From: a bacterium HR08
GTDB taxonomy: Bacteria > Acidobacteriota > Blastocatellia > HR10
Length of the DNA stretch: 51,853 bases
Direction of reading: 5' to 3'
NCBI GenBank assembly: GCA_002898775.1
Contig: BEHK01000001.1
Coordinates: forward strand, 1-51,853
Of this stretch, positions 7,818 to 16,960 are shown in pieces. Each line of letters opens with the position of its first letter. The first letter of the stretch is position 1. The notes under the pieces were generated by a model that had not been told where the DNA came from, ran no database searches, and saw nothing but the letters and a program-made list of their open reading frames with translations. Made by a program: the position numbers and the translations under genes.

Positions 7818-8285
7818 GTGAAAACGAGCGGAGCAGAAGCGACGCTGTTGAAGATCGGGCAGGTGGCCGCCGAATGCGGCGTGAGCGTGGATACGCTCCG
7901 CTACTACGAGCGGTTGGGGCTTGTGCCCAAACCGGTGCGCACGGCGAGCGGGTATCGGCTCTACGATCGGCGCATCCTGGAGCGCTTGAGCTTCATCAAG
8001 CGGGCGCAGAGCTTCGGCTTCACGCTCGAGGAGATCAAACAGTTGCTCCAATTGCCGACGGCAGAACCGCGGACGTGCGCGGAAGTTCTTCAGGTGATCG
8101 AGCACAAGCTCGACGACCTCGATCGGCGATACGAAGAGATCAAGCGGCTGCGGCGGGAGCTGGCGGCCTACAAGGCCGAGTGCGAGCGGGCTCTCGCCGG
8201 GCGGAAGAGTTGTCCGGTCATCGAAGATTTTCTTCACCCTTCCTCTCGCGCGGCAAAGCCCCGGCGGGGGCGGAAGCGAGAGTGA
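7818..8285 (+). CDS. merR: MerR (mercury-type) transcriptional regulator
   Basis: The HTH reads KIGQVAAECGVSVDTLRYYERLGL. Three Cys residues are placed as in Hg-MerR (EPRTCAEV, AECERA, KSCPVIEDF; compare SCPLI in Tn21 MerR). The start is uncertain: GTG 7818, which would be nearly leaderless, or TTG 7848. Confidence 0.8.
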   Translation: MKTSGAEATLLKIGQVAAECGVSVDTLRYYERLGLVPKPVRTASGYRLYDRRILERLSFIKRAQSFGFTLEEIKQLLQLPTAEPRTCAEVLQVIEHKLDDLDRRYEEIKRLRRELAAYKAECERALAGRKSCPVIEDFLHPSSRAAKPRRGRKRE

Positions 8286-8309
8286 ACGGATGTCGTGGAA
8301 GGAGGGACG

Positions 8310-9116
8310 ATGAGAGAGAAGATCACACTGGGGGCATCACTCATTGGGGCGATCGCGGCGTCGCTCTGCTGCACGGGGCCGCTTGTGGCTGCGCTCCTTG
8401 GCCTGGGCAGTTTCGGCGCGGCGGCGGCCTTCGAGGCCTGGCGACCATATTTGCTCGGCGTCACGGCAGTGCTGCTTCTCGCAGCGTTTTATTTCACCTA
8501 CCGCCGGCCAAAGGTCGCTTGCGCCGAGGGCGCGTGCGCGACGTCCGAGGCTTCGCGGTGGAGCAAGCTCGCGCTGTGGATCGCTGCGGGCGCCGTCATA
8601 GCACTTGCGGCCTTTCCGTATTATTCGGGGCGGCTGTGGGCGGCGCTCGGTCGCCACGCGGGCGGGCCATCGGCGTCACACGCGCAGGCGGCGACCGGCC
8701 GAATCATCACGGCGCGAATGGCCGTCACGGGGATGACCTGCGGCGGGTGCGCAACTGCGCTGGAAGCAGCGCTCAGAGAGATCTCCGGAGTGCAATTGGC
8801 GGCGGCGAGCTACGAGAAAGGCGAAGCCACCGTCGAGTACGATCCGGCGCGGGTCAAGTTAGAAAAGCTTGTGGAAACGGTCAAGGAGACCGGATTCACG
8901 GTCGAAGCTGTGACGGCGACCATCCCTGTCGAAGGGATGACCTGTGCCGGGTGCGCGGTGTCGGTCCGGCAGGCGCTCCTGCAGCGCGATGGGGTGAAGG
9001 CTGTGGAAGTCAGTGTCGAGAAGAAGCACGCCGTCGTGACGTTCGATCCGGCCCGCCTCACCCTCGAGCAAGTGGCCGACGCGATCAACAAAACGGGTTT
9101 CAAGGCCCTCCTGTGA
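8310..9116 (+). CDS. merT: MerT-like mercuric transporter fused to two HMA (MerP-like) domains
   Basis: TM1 reads ASLCCTGP, the loop carries CAEGAC, and there are two GMTCxxC domains (GMTCGGCA and GMTCAGCA). Confidence 0.8.
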   Translation: MREKITLGASLIGAIAASLCCTGPLVAALLGLGSFGAAAAFEAWRPYLLGVTAVLLLAAFYFTYRRPKVACAEGACATSEASRWSKLALWIAAGAVIALAAFPYYSGRLWAALGRHAGGPSASHAQAATGRIITARMAVTGMTCGGCATALEAALREISGVQLAAASYEKGEATVEYDPARVKLEKLVETVKETGFTVEAVTATIPVEGMTCAGCAVSVRQALLQRDGVKAVEVSVEKKHAVVTFDPARLTLEQVADAINKTGFKALL

Positions 9117-9176
9117 GGAGCGCGATCATGGGGATGGCTTATGCCTATCCGAGCCGTTGCTCGAACGTGAGCGACG

Positions 9177-9214
9177 CGGGTACCTCAAGCGATCTCGAGA
9201 TCGCTTGGAGTCCC
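9177..9214. repeat. Palindromic repeat family, copy b
   Basis: The sequence is gggtaCCTCAAGCGATCTCGAGATCGCTTGGAGtcccc. Confidence 0.8.
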
Positions 9215-9262
9215 CACATGGTCTGACGTGCGAGCCCGGTTGGTCGAGGAGGTGGAAGACTC

Positions 9263-9790
9263 ATGTCCGAGTGTTGCCAGGTGCCGATCGTGGCCAATTC
9301 AGCTCACTGCCGCTTGTGCGGGCGGAAAGGACAGTCCGTCACGCGGCGGACGATGGAACACTTGCTCGTGGATTCGGCGAGGGCCCGCCTCGAGGATCAT
9401 CCCTACTTTTTCTGCGCGACGCCGACCTGTCCGGTCGTCTACTTTTCCAACGAGGCGGATTCCTACTTCTGCAAAGGTGATGTGCGCGTGCGGGTGGGAG
9501 TGAAGGAAACCGAAGATCCGGTGCCGATCTGCTATTGCTTCGGCATCACGGAGAAGATGGTGCGCGATGAGATCGCAGCGACGGGACGGACGACGATTCC
9601 CGATTACATCAAGGCGCAAATCAAATCGGGCCGATGCGCTTGTGAGATCATGAATCCTTCGGGCCGATGCTGCCTCGGCGTCGTGACCGGGATCGCGCTC
9701 AGACTAGTGAAGCGATCGGGCTCGACAAGGAAGCGGGAAGAATCTATTGCGGCCTCGATGCCCGAGTGCTGCGCGGTGACGAAGTCGTGA
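9263..9790 (+). CDS. Cys-rich CopZ-family / putative Fe-S metallochaperone-like protein
   Basis: It contains MSECCQVP, CRLCGRKG, YFFCATPTCPVVYF, a BFD-like ICYCFGIT and a C-terminal PECCAV. A GAGGAGGTG SD lies upstream. Confidence 0.6.
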   Translation: MSECCQVPIVANSAHCRLCGRKGQSVTRRTMEHLLVDSARARLEDHPYFFCATPTCPVVYFSNEADSYFCKGDVRVRVGVKETEDPVPICYCFGITEKMVRDEIAATGRTTIPDYIKAQIKSGRCACEIMNPSGRCCLGVVTGIALRLVKRSGSTRKREESIAASMPECCAVTKS

Positions 9791-9799
9791 GGTGGGGTC

Positions 9800-9928
9800 A
9801 TGAGCACAGACTGTTGCGGCGCGGTCGGGCCGAAAGATCTCGTGGCGAACCGGTGGATTTCGCCGGTTGTATGGAGACTGCTGCTTATAGGGAGTTTCGG
9901 CTTAACATCTCAACGCTCCAGCCAATAA
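9800..9928 (+). CDS. 42-aa ORF with an N-terminal DCC motif (possibly a truncated membrane-protein gene)
   Basis: The product is MSTDCCGAVGPKDLVANRWISPVVWRLLLIGSFGLTSQRSSQ. A GAGGTGG SD overlaps the preceding stop codon. Confidence 0.3.
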   Translation: MSTDCCGAVGPKDLVANRWISPVVWRLLLIGSFGLTSQRSSQ

Positions 9929-9993
9929 CCCGGCTGGTTCACCGAGAAAAGGTCAAATACGCCTGTAGGAGTGAAGGCAGAGTGATCCCCAAC

Positions 9994-10030
9994 GGGGGCC
10001 TATGTGATCTATAGATCGCATGGGGTGCCC
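9994..10030. repeat. Palindromic repeat family, copy c (left arm degenerate)
   Basis: The sequence is gggggcctatgtGATCTATAGATCgcatggggtgccc. Confidence 0.7.
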
Positions 10031-10227
10031 AAAGCTCCACGGGGTGAGAGAGCCCCCGTGCGCCTTGGAAAAGGCACCGGTCCGCCCTTCGAGCCTGGAG
10101 GGCGGAATAAGAACCGTTGTGAAGGCGAGTTATTGCGTCTCGGTGGAGCTTGATCGAGATGAACCGCTGCACTCCTGGCATGCTGTCCGAGGCGATGACA
10201 CGTCGCACCTTTGGAGCTTGAGATGCT

Positions 10228-10265
10228 GGTGCCCCACGCGATCTGAGGAATCGTGTGGAGACTCC
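10228..10265. repeat. Palindromic repeat family, copy d (right arm degenerate)
   Basis: The sequence is ggtgccccacgcgatctgaggaatcgtgtggagactcc. Confidence 0.6.
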
Positions 10266-10292
10266 GAGGGCTGGGTCTCACTCAAGAGGTCC

Positions 10293-10324
10293 TTGACTCT
10301 GGAGCTTGCTCTAGGGCTTACAAT
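10293..10324 (+). promoter_or_regulatory. MerR-type promoter-operator
   Basis: In TTGACT-ctggagcttgctctagggct-TACAAT the spacer is 20 nt and the dyad is imperfect. The first 12 nt are identical to the promoter at 7779. Confidence 0.6.
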
Positions 10325-10344
10325 CCGAACCTGGGAGGTCAGCG

Positions 10345-10794
10345 ATGACGGACAAAGCCGTGCTCAAGATCGGCGAAGTGGCTGCGCGAAGTGGCGTCGG
10401 CATTGACACCTTTCGCTACGATGAGCGGCTCGGCTTGTCGCCTCGAGCGGTGCACACCCGGAGCGGTTATCGCGTGTATGATCCGAACGCGATTGATCGA
10501 ATCGCCTTCATTAAGCGGGCCAAGAGCTTCGGTTTCGCCCTCAATGAAATCTGCGATCTCGTCCGGGCTGAGACCGCAGACCCTGAAACCTGCTTCACTG
10601 TGTTGCGGGTGATTGAACGAAAGCTTGGTGATCTGAATCGCCGACATGCAGAGATCAAACGACTGAGGCGAGAGCTGGCCGTCTACAAAGCCACCGGCGA
10701 GCGGGCCATCGCCGACGACAAGGCTCGTCCGGTCATCGAGGATTTTCTTCAGGGCTCCTATCAACGAACGGGCAACGGAGGGAACAAAACATGA
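10345..10794 (+). CDS. MerR-family regulator, paralog lacking two of the three Hg-ligand Cys residues
   Basis: The HTH reads KIGEVAARSGVGIDTFRYDERLGL. It keeps ETCFTV, but where the paralog has AECERALAGRKSCPVIEDF it reads ATGERAIADDKARPVIEDF. Confidence 0.8.
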   Translation: MTDKAVLKIGEVAARSGVGIDTFRYDERLGLSPRAVHTRSGYRVYDPNAIDRIAFIKRAKSFGFALNEICDLVRAETADPETCFTVLRVIERKLGDLNRRHAEIKRLRRELAVYKATGERAIADDKARPVIEDFLQGSYQRTGNGGNKT

Positions 10795-11669
10795 AAAGGG
10801 AGACAACGCTCGTAGCATCCGTGATCGCGGCGATCACGGCTTCGCTCTGCTGCCTGGGGCCGATTGTGGCCGCGGTCGTTGGCCTGGGCAGTTTTGGGGC
10901 GGCGGCTGTGTTCGAGACCTGGCGGCCCTATCTGCTAGGGGTGACCTTTGGGCTGCTCGGGCTGGGGTTTTACTTCACCTATCGCAAGCAGGAAGTACAC
11001 TGCGCCGATAGGAGTGTATGCGCGACGCGCCCTTCAGTAGGTCGGTGGAATAAAATCCTGCTGTGGCTGGCAACAGGTCTCGTCATCGCCTTCGCCACGT
11101 TTCCGTATTACTCCGGAGCAGTCTGGAGGTTCTTGTTGACTAAAGGGGAAACGCAAGCGATAACCGATCCGGCAGCCCCAGGCGATTCGCCGTCACGATC
11201 GAATGAATTCGCCGTGGCGGGCCAAGCCCAACAGCCATCGTCACCAGCGGAGGAACCTCAAACCAGCTCGCCCAAGCTGGCGGCCGAATCTGCACGAGAT
11301 AGAGGGGCCGTTCGGAGGTCAATCTCAGCATCGAAAACATACGGAGGGACTGTTCAGAGGGCGGGCTCAGCATCAAAACCCCTGGCGGCCAACTCGCCAT
11401 CCACCACCGCCGCAATCCGCAATCCGCAAGACGTGCCCGCCCTGACACGCGCAACGATTGAAATTCAAGGCATGCATTGTGCCGGCTGTGCGGTGAATGT
11501 TGAGCAAGCACTCAAGCGACTGCCGGGCGTTAAAGCTGTCGTAGCAAGCTATGAAAAAGGTCAGGCCGTAGTTGAGTACGATCCAGCGAAAGTCAAGCCG
11601 GAACAGCTCAAAGCCGCTATTGACGGGATCGGATACAAGGTCGGAGCGGTGCACACAGCGCAACCGTGA
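10791..11669 (+). CDS. merT: MerT-like transporter fused through a low-complexity linker to one HMA domain
   Basis: It contains ASLCCLGP, the loop CADRSVC and GMHCAGCA. Its start overlaps the regulator stop (ATGA). Confidence 0.8.
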   Translation: MKRETTLVASVIAAITASLCCLGPIVAAVVGLGSFGAAAVFETWRPYLLGVTFGLLGLGFYFTYRKQEVHCADRSVCATRPSVGRWNKILLWLATGLVIAFATFPYYSGAVWRFLLTKGETQAITDPAAPGDSPSRSNEFAVAGQAQQPSSPAEEPQTSSPKLAAESARDRGAVRRSISASKTYGGTVQRAGSASKPLAANSPSTTAAIRNPQDVPALTRATIEIQGMHCAGCAVNVEQALKRLPGVKAVVASYEKGQAVVEYDPAKVKPEQLKAAIDGIGYKVGAVHTAQP

Positions 11670-11765
11670 TTTTGAAATTCTTCCCCGGTTTATCCGAGCC
11701 AGGGAGGAAAGAGGAAGCGCAAGCTGTCGGCTTGCGCCACAGGAATACTTTCGGAGGGAGAAAAG

Positions 11766-12131
11766 ATGGCAAGAGACACAAGAATGGGAATGATCACGGT
11801 AGACTTGGCAGAGTTGAGTCCTGAGATTCATGACGCCTTGGCTCACATTCGGGAAGTCGCCTATGCCGATGGCATCTTCCCCGCGAAAGTGAAGGTGCTC
11901 ACGGCGCTCGCCATTTCCACCATCATCAAGTGCGAGCCGTGCGTGCGGATGTATGTGGAGAAAGCCATAGCCCTCGGCGTCACACGCGAAGAGATGGTCG
12001 AGATGCTCAACGTCGCGATGGCCATGGGCGGCTGCCCGGGCGAGGCTTGGGTGCATAAAGCCCTACTGCTCTATGAGAGCCAAGTGCAAAGGCGACTGGC
12101 GACGGTCTCCAGCGACGCCTGCTGCGCGTAG
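11766..12131 (+). CDS. Carboxymuconolactone decarboxylase (CMD)/AhpD-like family protein with CxxC
   Basis: It contains TIIKCEPCVRMYVEKA and has a C-terminal DACCA. A GGAGGGAG SD lies upstream. Confidence 0.7.
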   Translation: MARDTRMGMITVDLAELSPEIHDALAHIREVAYADGIFPAKVKVLTALAISTIIKCEPCVRMYVEKAIALGVTREEMVEMLNVAMAMGGCPGEAWVHKALLLYESQVQRRLATVSSDACCA

Positions 12132-12198
12132 TCGGTCGCGCGTCGGCCGGAGTCGGCCTTTGACCGATCGAAGCCTTGAGAGAAAGGAGGTGTTCGCT

Positions 12199-12675
12199 AT
12201 GAGGAGCAAGATCACTACCCTGCCTCTTGTGCTCGTCGCTTGTTGCGTTTTACTCCTTGCCGATCCCCCCGCAGTGGCGCAAAGAGCGGGCGAGCCGGTG
12301 GTCGTGAAATCAAAAAACAGTTTTGCCGATACGGTATCCAAGCTGAAGAGTGCCATTCAGCAGAACCAGATGATGGTGCTGTTCGAGGCAAATCATAAAA
12401 ACATGATGGCGATGGTCGGCGTGGAGAGCAAAAACAGCGTCACCGTTCTCTTTGGCCGTCCGCAGATGGGGGCCATGCTGATGGGCGCGGAGCCGAAAGC
12501 GGCGCTGGAGATGCCCATGCGCATCGCTGTGCGCGAGCTGGATAACGGTGAGATTGTGGTCATCTACTACAAGCCGTCATATCTGCTCTCGCATTACAAG
12601 AACGCCAAGCTCGATCCGATCGGCCGGCAGATGGACGCCATGCTGCAGAAGCTCGTAGACGCGGCGACAAAGTGA
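12199..12675 (+). CDS. DUF302-domain secreted protein
   Basis: It has a signal peptide and the segments MVLFEANHKNMMAMVG and EMPMRIAVRELDNGEIVVIYYKP. An AGGAGG SD lies upstream. Confidence 0.7.
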   Translation: MRSKITTLPLVLVACCVLLLADPPAVAQRAGEPVVVKSKNSFADTVSKLKSAIQQNQMMVLFEANHKNMMAMVGVESKNSVTVLFGRPQMGAMLMGAEPKAALEMPMRIAVRELDNGEIVVIYYKPSYLLSHYKNAKLDPIGRQMDAMLQKLVDAATK

Positions 12676-12758
12676 GAGCCGGACCAGGGGCGGTAGCACC
12701 GTCGCTGTTCCCAAGAGAGGGCTTCCCGCCTTAGCTCGATAAGGCCAGAGAGGTTGCC

Positions 12759-14162
12759 ATGCCGGCGGCCCGCACAGAGAGACTGAAGCGCCTGGCTCTC
12801 ATCGCGGGAGTCATCATTGCCGGCATGGCCAAAACCGACCTGCTGGTTGAAAGGGGAGCGATCGTCGCGGCACAGTTGAAATCGCGGGAGGTTAAACAAC
12901 CGCCTGAGATTCCTCTCGGCCCAGATGGAAAGTACGCATTAGAGACATGCACCCGCTGCCATGAGGCCTCTCGCTGGGAGATCGAAGCCAGCGTTCATGG
13001 TCCGGAGTTTCTCAGGCGCAAGGGAATCTCGGCAGAAAAGGCGCGCGAGATCACCTGCCTGACCTGCCACGATTCGCACGGGAAAAGCGAGTTCGCAGCC
13101 GCCAACTTCCCCATCACATCAGGTCGCGATGTCGCCACCTGCTCGAAATGTCATGGGCGAGAGCGCTGGGTCTTCTTCAACCACTTTCATGGGAAGTACT
13201 TTGCTCTGAAAAAGCGCAATATCCCCACCTGCACATATTGCCATGTGGGTCATGAACTGCCACGCGACAACCCGATTTCGCCCATCAACGTTGCCAACGT
13301 CGGGCGCATATGTGCCGGATGTCATGGGGGGAGCGACGAGCAAGCTAAGGTCATCATGGCCGCCAATCTCGGAACGCCTTCCACCTCGCGGGCACTGTAT
13401 CGAAAGAACCTCTTTGGCATCGGCTGGTTGGCCCTGCCCATTAAAGCTTTCTACTCCCTCCTGACGGTGGTGATCTTATTGTTTGGTTTCACGTGCTTGC
13501 GGGAACTCTACTACACCCTCAAGGGGGATTTATCGCCCTCAACTTCAGGTCTGTTCACCGGCTGGTTGGCGGTTCAGACCATCCTCCTTTTCATGTTCTA
13601 CACGCTGCTCGATAGCTCTGGAATTACGCTCCTGTACGCGTACACTCACGGTGACCTCATTTCCAACGTGATGATCCGCATCACGGAACCGCTCCGTCAA
13701 TTCTTCGGGAGTGCAGATGCCCGGAGCTTGATGCACCGGCTGGCCGGACTGGCTTTGATTCTGGGATTCACCGGGCACGTTATCTACCTGGCCATGCATC
13801 GCGACGTCTTCCGACGGTTGCGGATCCAAAGAGAAGATCTCAGGCAAGCGTTCGATGAGTTGAGACGGCGTAAGCCACCGGAGACCGACTGGAAGGTTAA
13901 GGTCGCCTACTGGCTGGTCACCTTTTTGGTAGCCGTCATGCTGCTGACGGGGGTTGGCGAGTGGGCTGCGTTCGAGTTGATGAAATACGTGTCCTACCAG
14001 GTGGTGGAGTACAACAACCTCATCCATGAGTGGAACGGTCGCACCCTCAGCCTGTTCCTCTACGGCATCGTGGTGTTCTTCTTCGGACTCCTGCGGCCTT
14101 TGGCGATCCGGCTGGGCCGCTGGGTGAGCGGGAGAGAAATGCCGACAAGGGAAAGGAGGTGA
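12759..14162 (+). CDS. Inner-membrane multihaem cytochrome: pentahaem c-type domain fused to a polytopic b-type-like membrane domain (CbcL-like architecture)
   Basis: It has five CxxCH motifs (CTRCH, CLTCH, CSKCH, CTYCH, CAGCH) followed by several hydrophobic helices that contain His residues. Confidence 0.65.
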   Translation: MPAARTERLKRLALIAGVIIAGMAKTDLLVERGAIVAAQLKSREVKQPPEIPLGPDGKYALETCTRCHEASRWEIEASVHGPEFLRRKGISAEKAREITCLTCHDSHGKSEFAAANFPITSGRDVATCSKCHGRERWVFFNHFHGKYFALKKRNIPTCTYCHVGHELPRDNPISPINVANVGRICAGCHGGSDEQAKVIMAANLGTPSTSRALYRKNLFGIGWLALPIKAFYSLLTVVILLFGFTCLRELYYTLKGDLSPSTSGLFTGWLAVQTILLFMFYTLLDSSGITLLYAYTHGDLISNVMIRITEPLRQFFGSADARSLMHRLAGLALILGFTGHVIYLAMHRDVFRRLRIQREDLRQAFDELRRRKPPETDWKVKVAYWLVTFLVAVMLLTGVGEWAAFELMKYVSYQVVEYNNLIHEWNGRTLSLFLYGIVVFFFGLLRPLAIRLGRWVSGREMPTRERR

Positions 14163-14168
14163 TCCGTT

Positions 14169-15566
14169 ATGGAGAGGAAGGTAAAGGTTGGTGCCGTTCT
14201 GGCGCTCCTCATTTTGGCCGGAGTGCTTTGGCTCGCCCTGCCCTCGGGCGGGCTCGTTCCTGAGGACGTATCGGTTTCAGCCTCCGAGTTGCCATCGGCG
14301 GAGACGTGCAAACCGTGCCACGAGGAGATCTATAATCAGTGGCGAGAGTCGTATCACGCCCGCTCGATTCACGAGCCTACCTTCCGAGCCATGCTGACCA
14401 TCTTTGCCTACAACACGCGCGGGACGAATCCCGAGGTGTGGGGCCCGAATTATGAGTTCTGTTTTAACTGCCATGCGCCGGAAGTGAAAGTCAAAAACAA
14501 TGCCGCCGAGCTGGCCCGCCAAATCCGCAACGGCGAGAAGATCACGAGCGAAGGGATCACCTGCACGGTCTGTCACTCCATCGAGTGGGTGACGGACATT
14601 CCGGATCCCAATGTGCCGGTCGCATTCGATGTGGGTCCGACACTGCCCTACCACAAAGTGAAAAAGACCGCCTTGTTCGAGCAATCGGTGCTTTGCTCGC
14701 CCTGTCACGATTACAACAATCCGTATGCGGTCGTGGCCCATCAGGTCTATAAATCCGATCCCGGGGTCACGGGCGTGCCGTGCTGTACGGTCAACCGAGA
14801 CTGGAAAAAGACTTCGTATGCCCAAAAAGGCATCACCTGCCAATCCTGCCACATGCGCGAAGAACAGCAGGTCGTCCAGTTAAGTGGGTTCGATAAGTTT
14901 AAAAACATGCTGTACGCCCTGACGGGGCTGACGCGATATCGAGATGACCGGCGGCGCGTCAGTCATACCTTCCCTGGCGGGCGCTCCGAAGAGATGCTCA
15001 AGCGCGCCGTAAAGATGGAGATCGAAGCCGAATCCGCGGGAGACGACATCAAGGCGACCGTCGCTTTGAGAAACCTCACTGGCCATAGCATCCCCAACGG
15101 CTGACCGCCGAGGACGCGCATCGTGCTCAGGTTCTGGGCACAGGACGAACACGGCAATGAACTCTTCTCCGACACGAGAGAATACGGGTTCAACTTCGTT
15201 GATCCGAAAGGCAACGAGCCGGCCATGGTGGATAGCACAAGCGGTCGAGGGTATGAGGTTGTGCTTGAACCCGAGGTGACGCGGCGCGAGTCGTTCGCTT
15301 TCCCCCGGCCTGAAGGGAGCCGGCGGCTTGAGCTGAAGGCGACTCTGACGTACATCTTCTTCGTTCCACCGCCGCCGGACGCCATGAACCGAATGCAACA
15401 GGACATCATCGCTCGGATACAAACCGCTAAGACGCCAGAGGAGAAGGATCGAATTCTGAACGAAGAGATTCCGGCGCGGATGCGGTCCATGAATATCTTG
15501 GCGACAACCTATCCGCCGGTGGTCATGGCGTCCGTGACGAAGGCCTTGGAGATCGGGAGGCGTTGA
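14169..15566 (+). CDS. Periplasmic multihaem cytochrome c (five CxxCH) interrupted by one in-frame TGA (15102-15104); either a read-through (Sec?) product or a pseudogene
   Basis: The haem motifs are CKPCH, CFNCH, CTVCH, CSPCH and CQSCH. ORFs 14169-15104 and 15123-15566 share a frame (1398 nt) and read LTGHSIPNG-TGA-PPRTRIVLRFWAQDEHG. Confidence 0.55.
15123..15141 (+). promoter_or_regulatory. Hairpin downstream of TGA 15102-15104
   Basis: GUGCUCAG-guu-CUGGGCAC has 8 bp including one G-U pair. The loop lies 27-29 nt after the UGA. Confidence 0.3.
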
Positions 15567-15671
15567 GCGGGCCCGATTCCTCTGGTCTGTGAAACACCAG
15601 AGCATCGGGATATTTCACCGCCCATTTGATTGGAGAGGCGGACGGACAATGGTGCTCAATCGGAGGTGTCT

Positions 15672-16415
15672 ATGGCCAGGGAAAGTTTCTGGTGCTTGCG
15701 TCAGGTGTGTATCCTCGATGGCTTGAGCGAGCACGAGCTACAGGAGCTCTCGCGGATCGCGCCGATGCGTCATTTCAAGGCAGGCCAGTTCATTTACCAC
15801 ATCGGCCAGCGGGCCGATATGCTCTACATTATCGGGGAAGGGGAGGTGACGATCTCGACGGTCACGCCCGAGGGGAAAGAGCTCATCCTTGGTCTGTTCA
15901 AAAACGGCGATGTCTTCGGCGAGCTGTTCGCACCCGAAGTGGCGTGCGGAAAGACGGAGGCGAAAGCGCATACCGATGTCTGGCTGTGCGCGCTCACGGA
16001 GCGGGATTTCGTCTCGATATGCAAGCGCCAGCCGGAAGTGGCCATCAACTTCATTCGCGTGCTCATGCGACGGGTGCACGAGCTGCAAGAGGAGGTCGAA
16101 GACCTGGCGTTCGCGACGGCCCGCGAGCGATTCGTGAAGCTGCTCCACAGGCTGTGCGCGGAATCTCAGCAAGAGGCCGCAAAAGCGCCGGAGTGCGTCG
16201 TTCGATATTCTCAAGAGGAACTGGCGCGCATGCTCGGCCTCACCCGCGAGCGCGTGAACGCCGTCATCGCTGAGCTGAAGGAGCGAGGCGTCCTCCGCTC
16301 GCACTACGGCTACCTCACGGTCGATCGAAGTCGCCTGCGCTCGCTTCTTCCGTCGGAAGAAGCGGCCAATTCAGCGTTCCGAACAGGCTATCCCATACGG
16401 GCGGCGGGACGGTGA
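15672..16415 (+). CDS. Crp/Fnr-family transcriptional regulator
   Basis: The cNMP-binding fold reads FKAGQFIYHIGQRADMLYIIGEGEV and the C-terminal HTH reads YSQEELARMLGLTRERVNAVIAELKERGVL. A GGAGGTG SD lies 4 nt before ATG 15672. Confidence 0.85.
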   Translation: MARESFWCLRQVCILDGLSEHELQELSRIAPMRHFKAGQFIYHIGQRADMLYIIGEGEVTISTVTPEGKELILGLFKNGDVFGELFAPEVACGKTEAKAHTDVWLCALTERDFVSICKRQPEVAINFIRVLMRRVHELQEEVEDLAFATARERFVKLLHRLCAESQQEAAKAPECVVRYSQEELARMLGLTRERVNAVIAELKERGVLRSHYGYLTVDRSRLRSLLPSEEAANSAFRTGYPIRAAGR

Positions 16416-16904
16416 ACCCGTAGCAGATGAGGGGCCGATCATCACGTCGCCGGTGGTGTTCGATCTGACGGGCGCGGAGGCGACCGATCACCGGCACTCG
16501 CAAGAGCACGGCGTCCACCAGATTGACGCGAACGAACCCGTGCGCCGTCTCGAAGAAAACGAGATGCGCGGTCACGTCGAGGAAAAAGGCTGCCATCGCG
16601 GGCTTCGGAAGAATGAGCACGGCGACCAGATAGGAGACGGAAAACAGAACCAGGAACACAGACCACTGTCCGACAATATGCCCGAGCGCCTGCGGATCAT
16701 TGGATTGAAAATGCTCGCCGGAAAAATCCGATGATGCCCCAGATGGTGGGCTCGAATGAACCGAGGTCCGGTCAATCTCCGATGCATGGCCAGGGGGTGC
16801 CACAGGTATTCGAAAAGATTCGCATAGAAAGCTCCTGCCCCGATCCAGATCCACCCCAAGGGCGAAGCGCTGAGAGGGGAAAGACGCGGACGGTGGAAGA
16901 TCAT
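16315..16904 (-). pseudogene. Fatty-acid hydroxylase / sterol-desaturase-family membrane protein with a frameshift in an A5/T5 run (16722-16726)
   Basis: The N-terminal frame gives EYLWHPLAMHR and IRAHHLGHHRIF. The C-terminal frame gives FFETAHGFV, HHRRRDD and VWDSLFGT. One extra T would restore the frame. The 3' end overlaps the convergent crp-like gene by about 100 nt. Confidence 0.55.
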
Positions 16905-16960
16905 TGTTGCCGCTTAGGTGAGGACGGCGGCGGAAGCGACCTTGTGGAGCGGCCACGCCC

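Noticed and set aside
7146-8237. A 363-aa ORF on the minus strand.
   Set aside because: It lies antisense to the HMA selenoprotein candidate, the MerR-type promoter and merR, all of which have clear domains on the plus strand. Its composition is R/L/P-rich, typical of an antisense frame in high-GC DNA.
9939-10281. Short ORFs between repeat copies c and d.
   Set aside because: They read through the palindromic repeats and have no motifs. I treated the region as intergenic.
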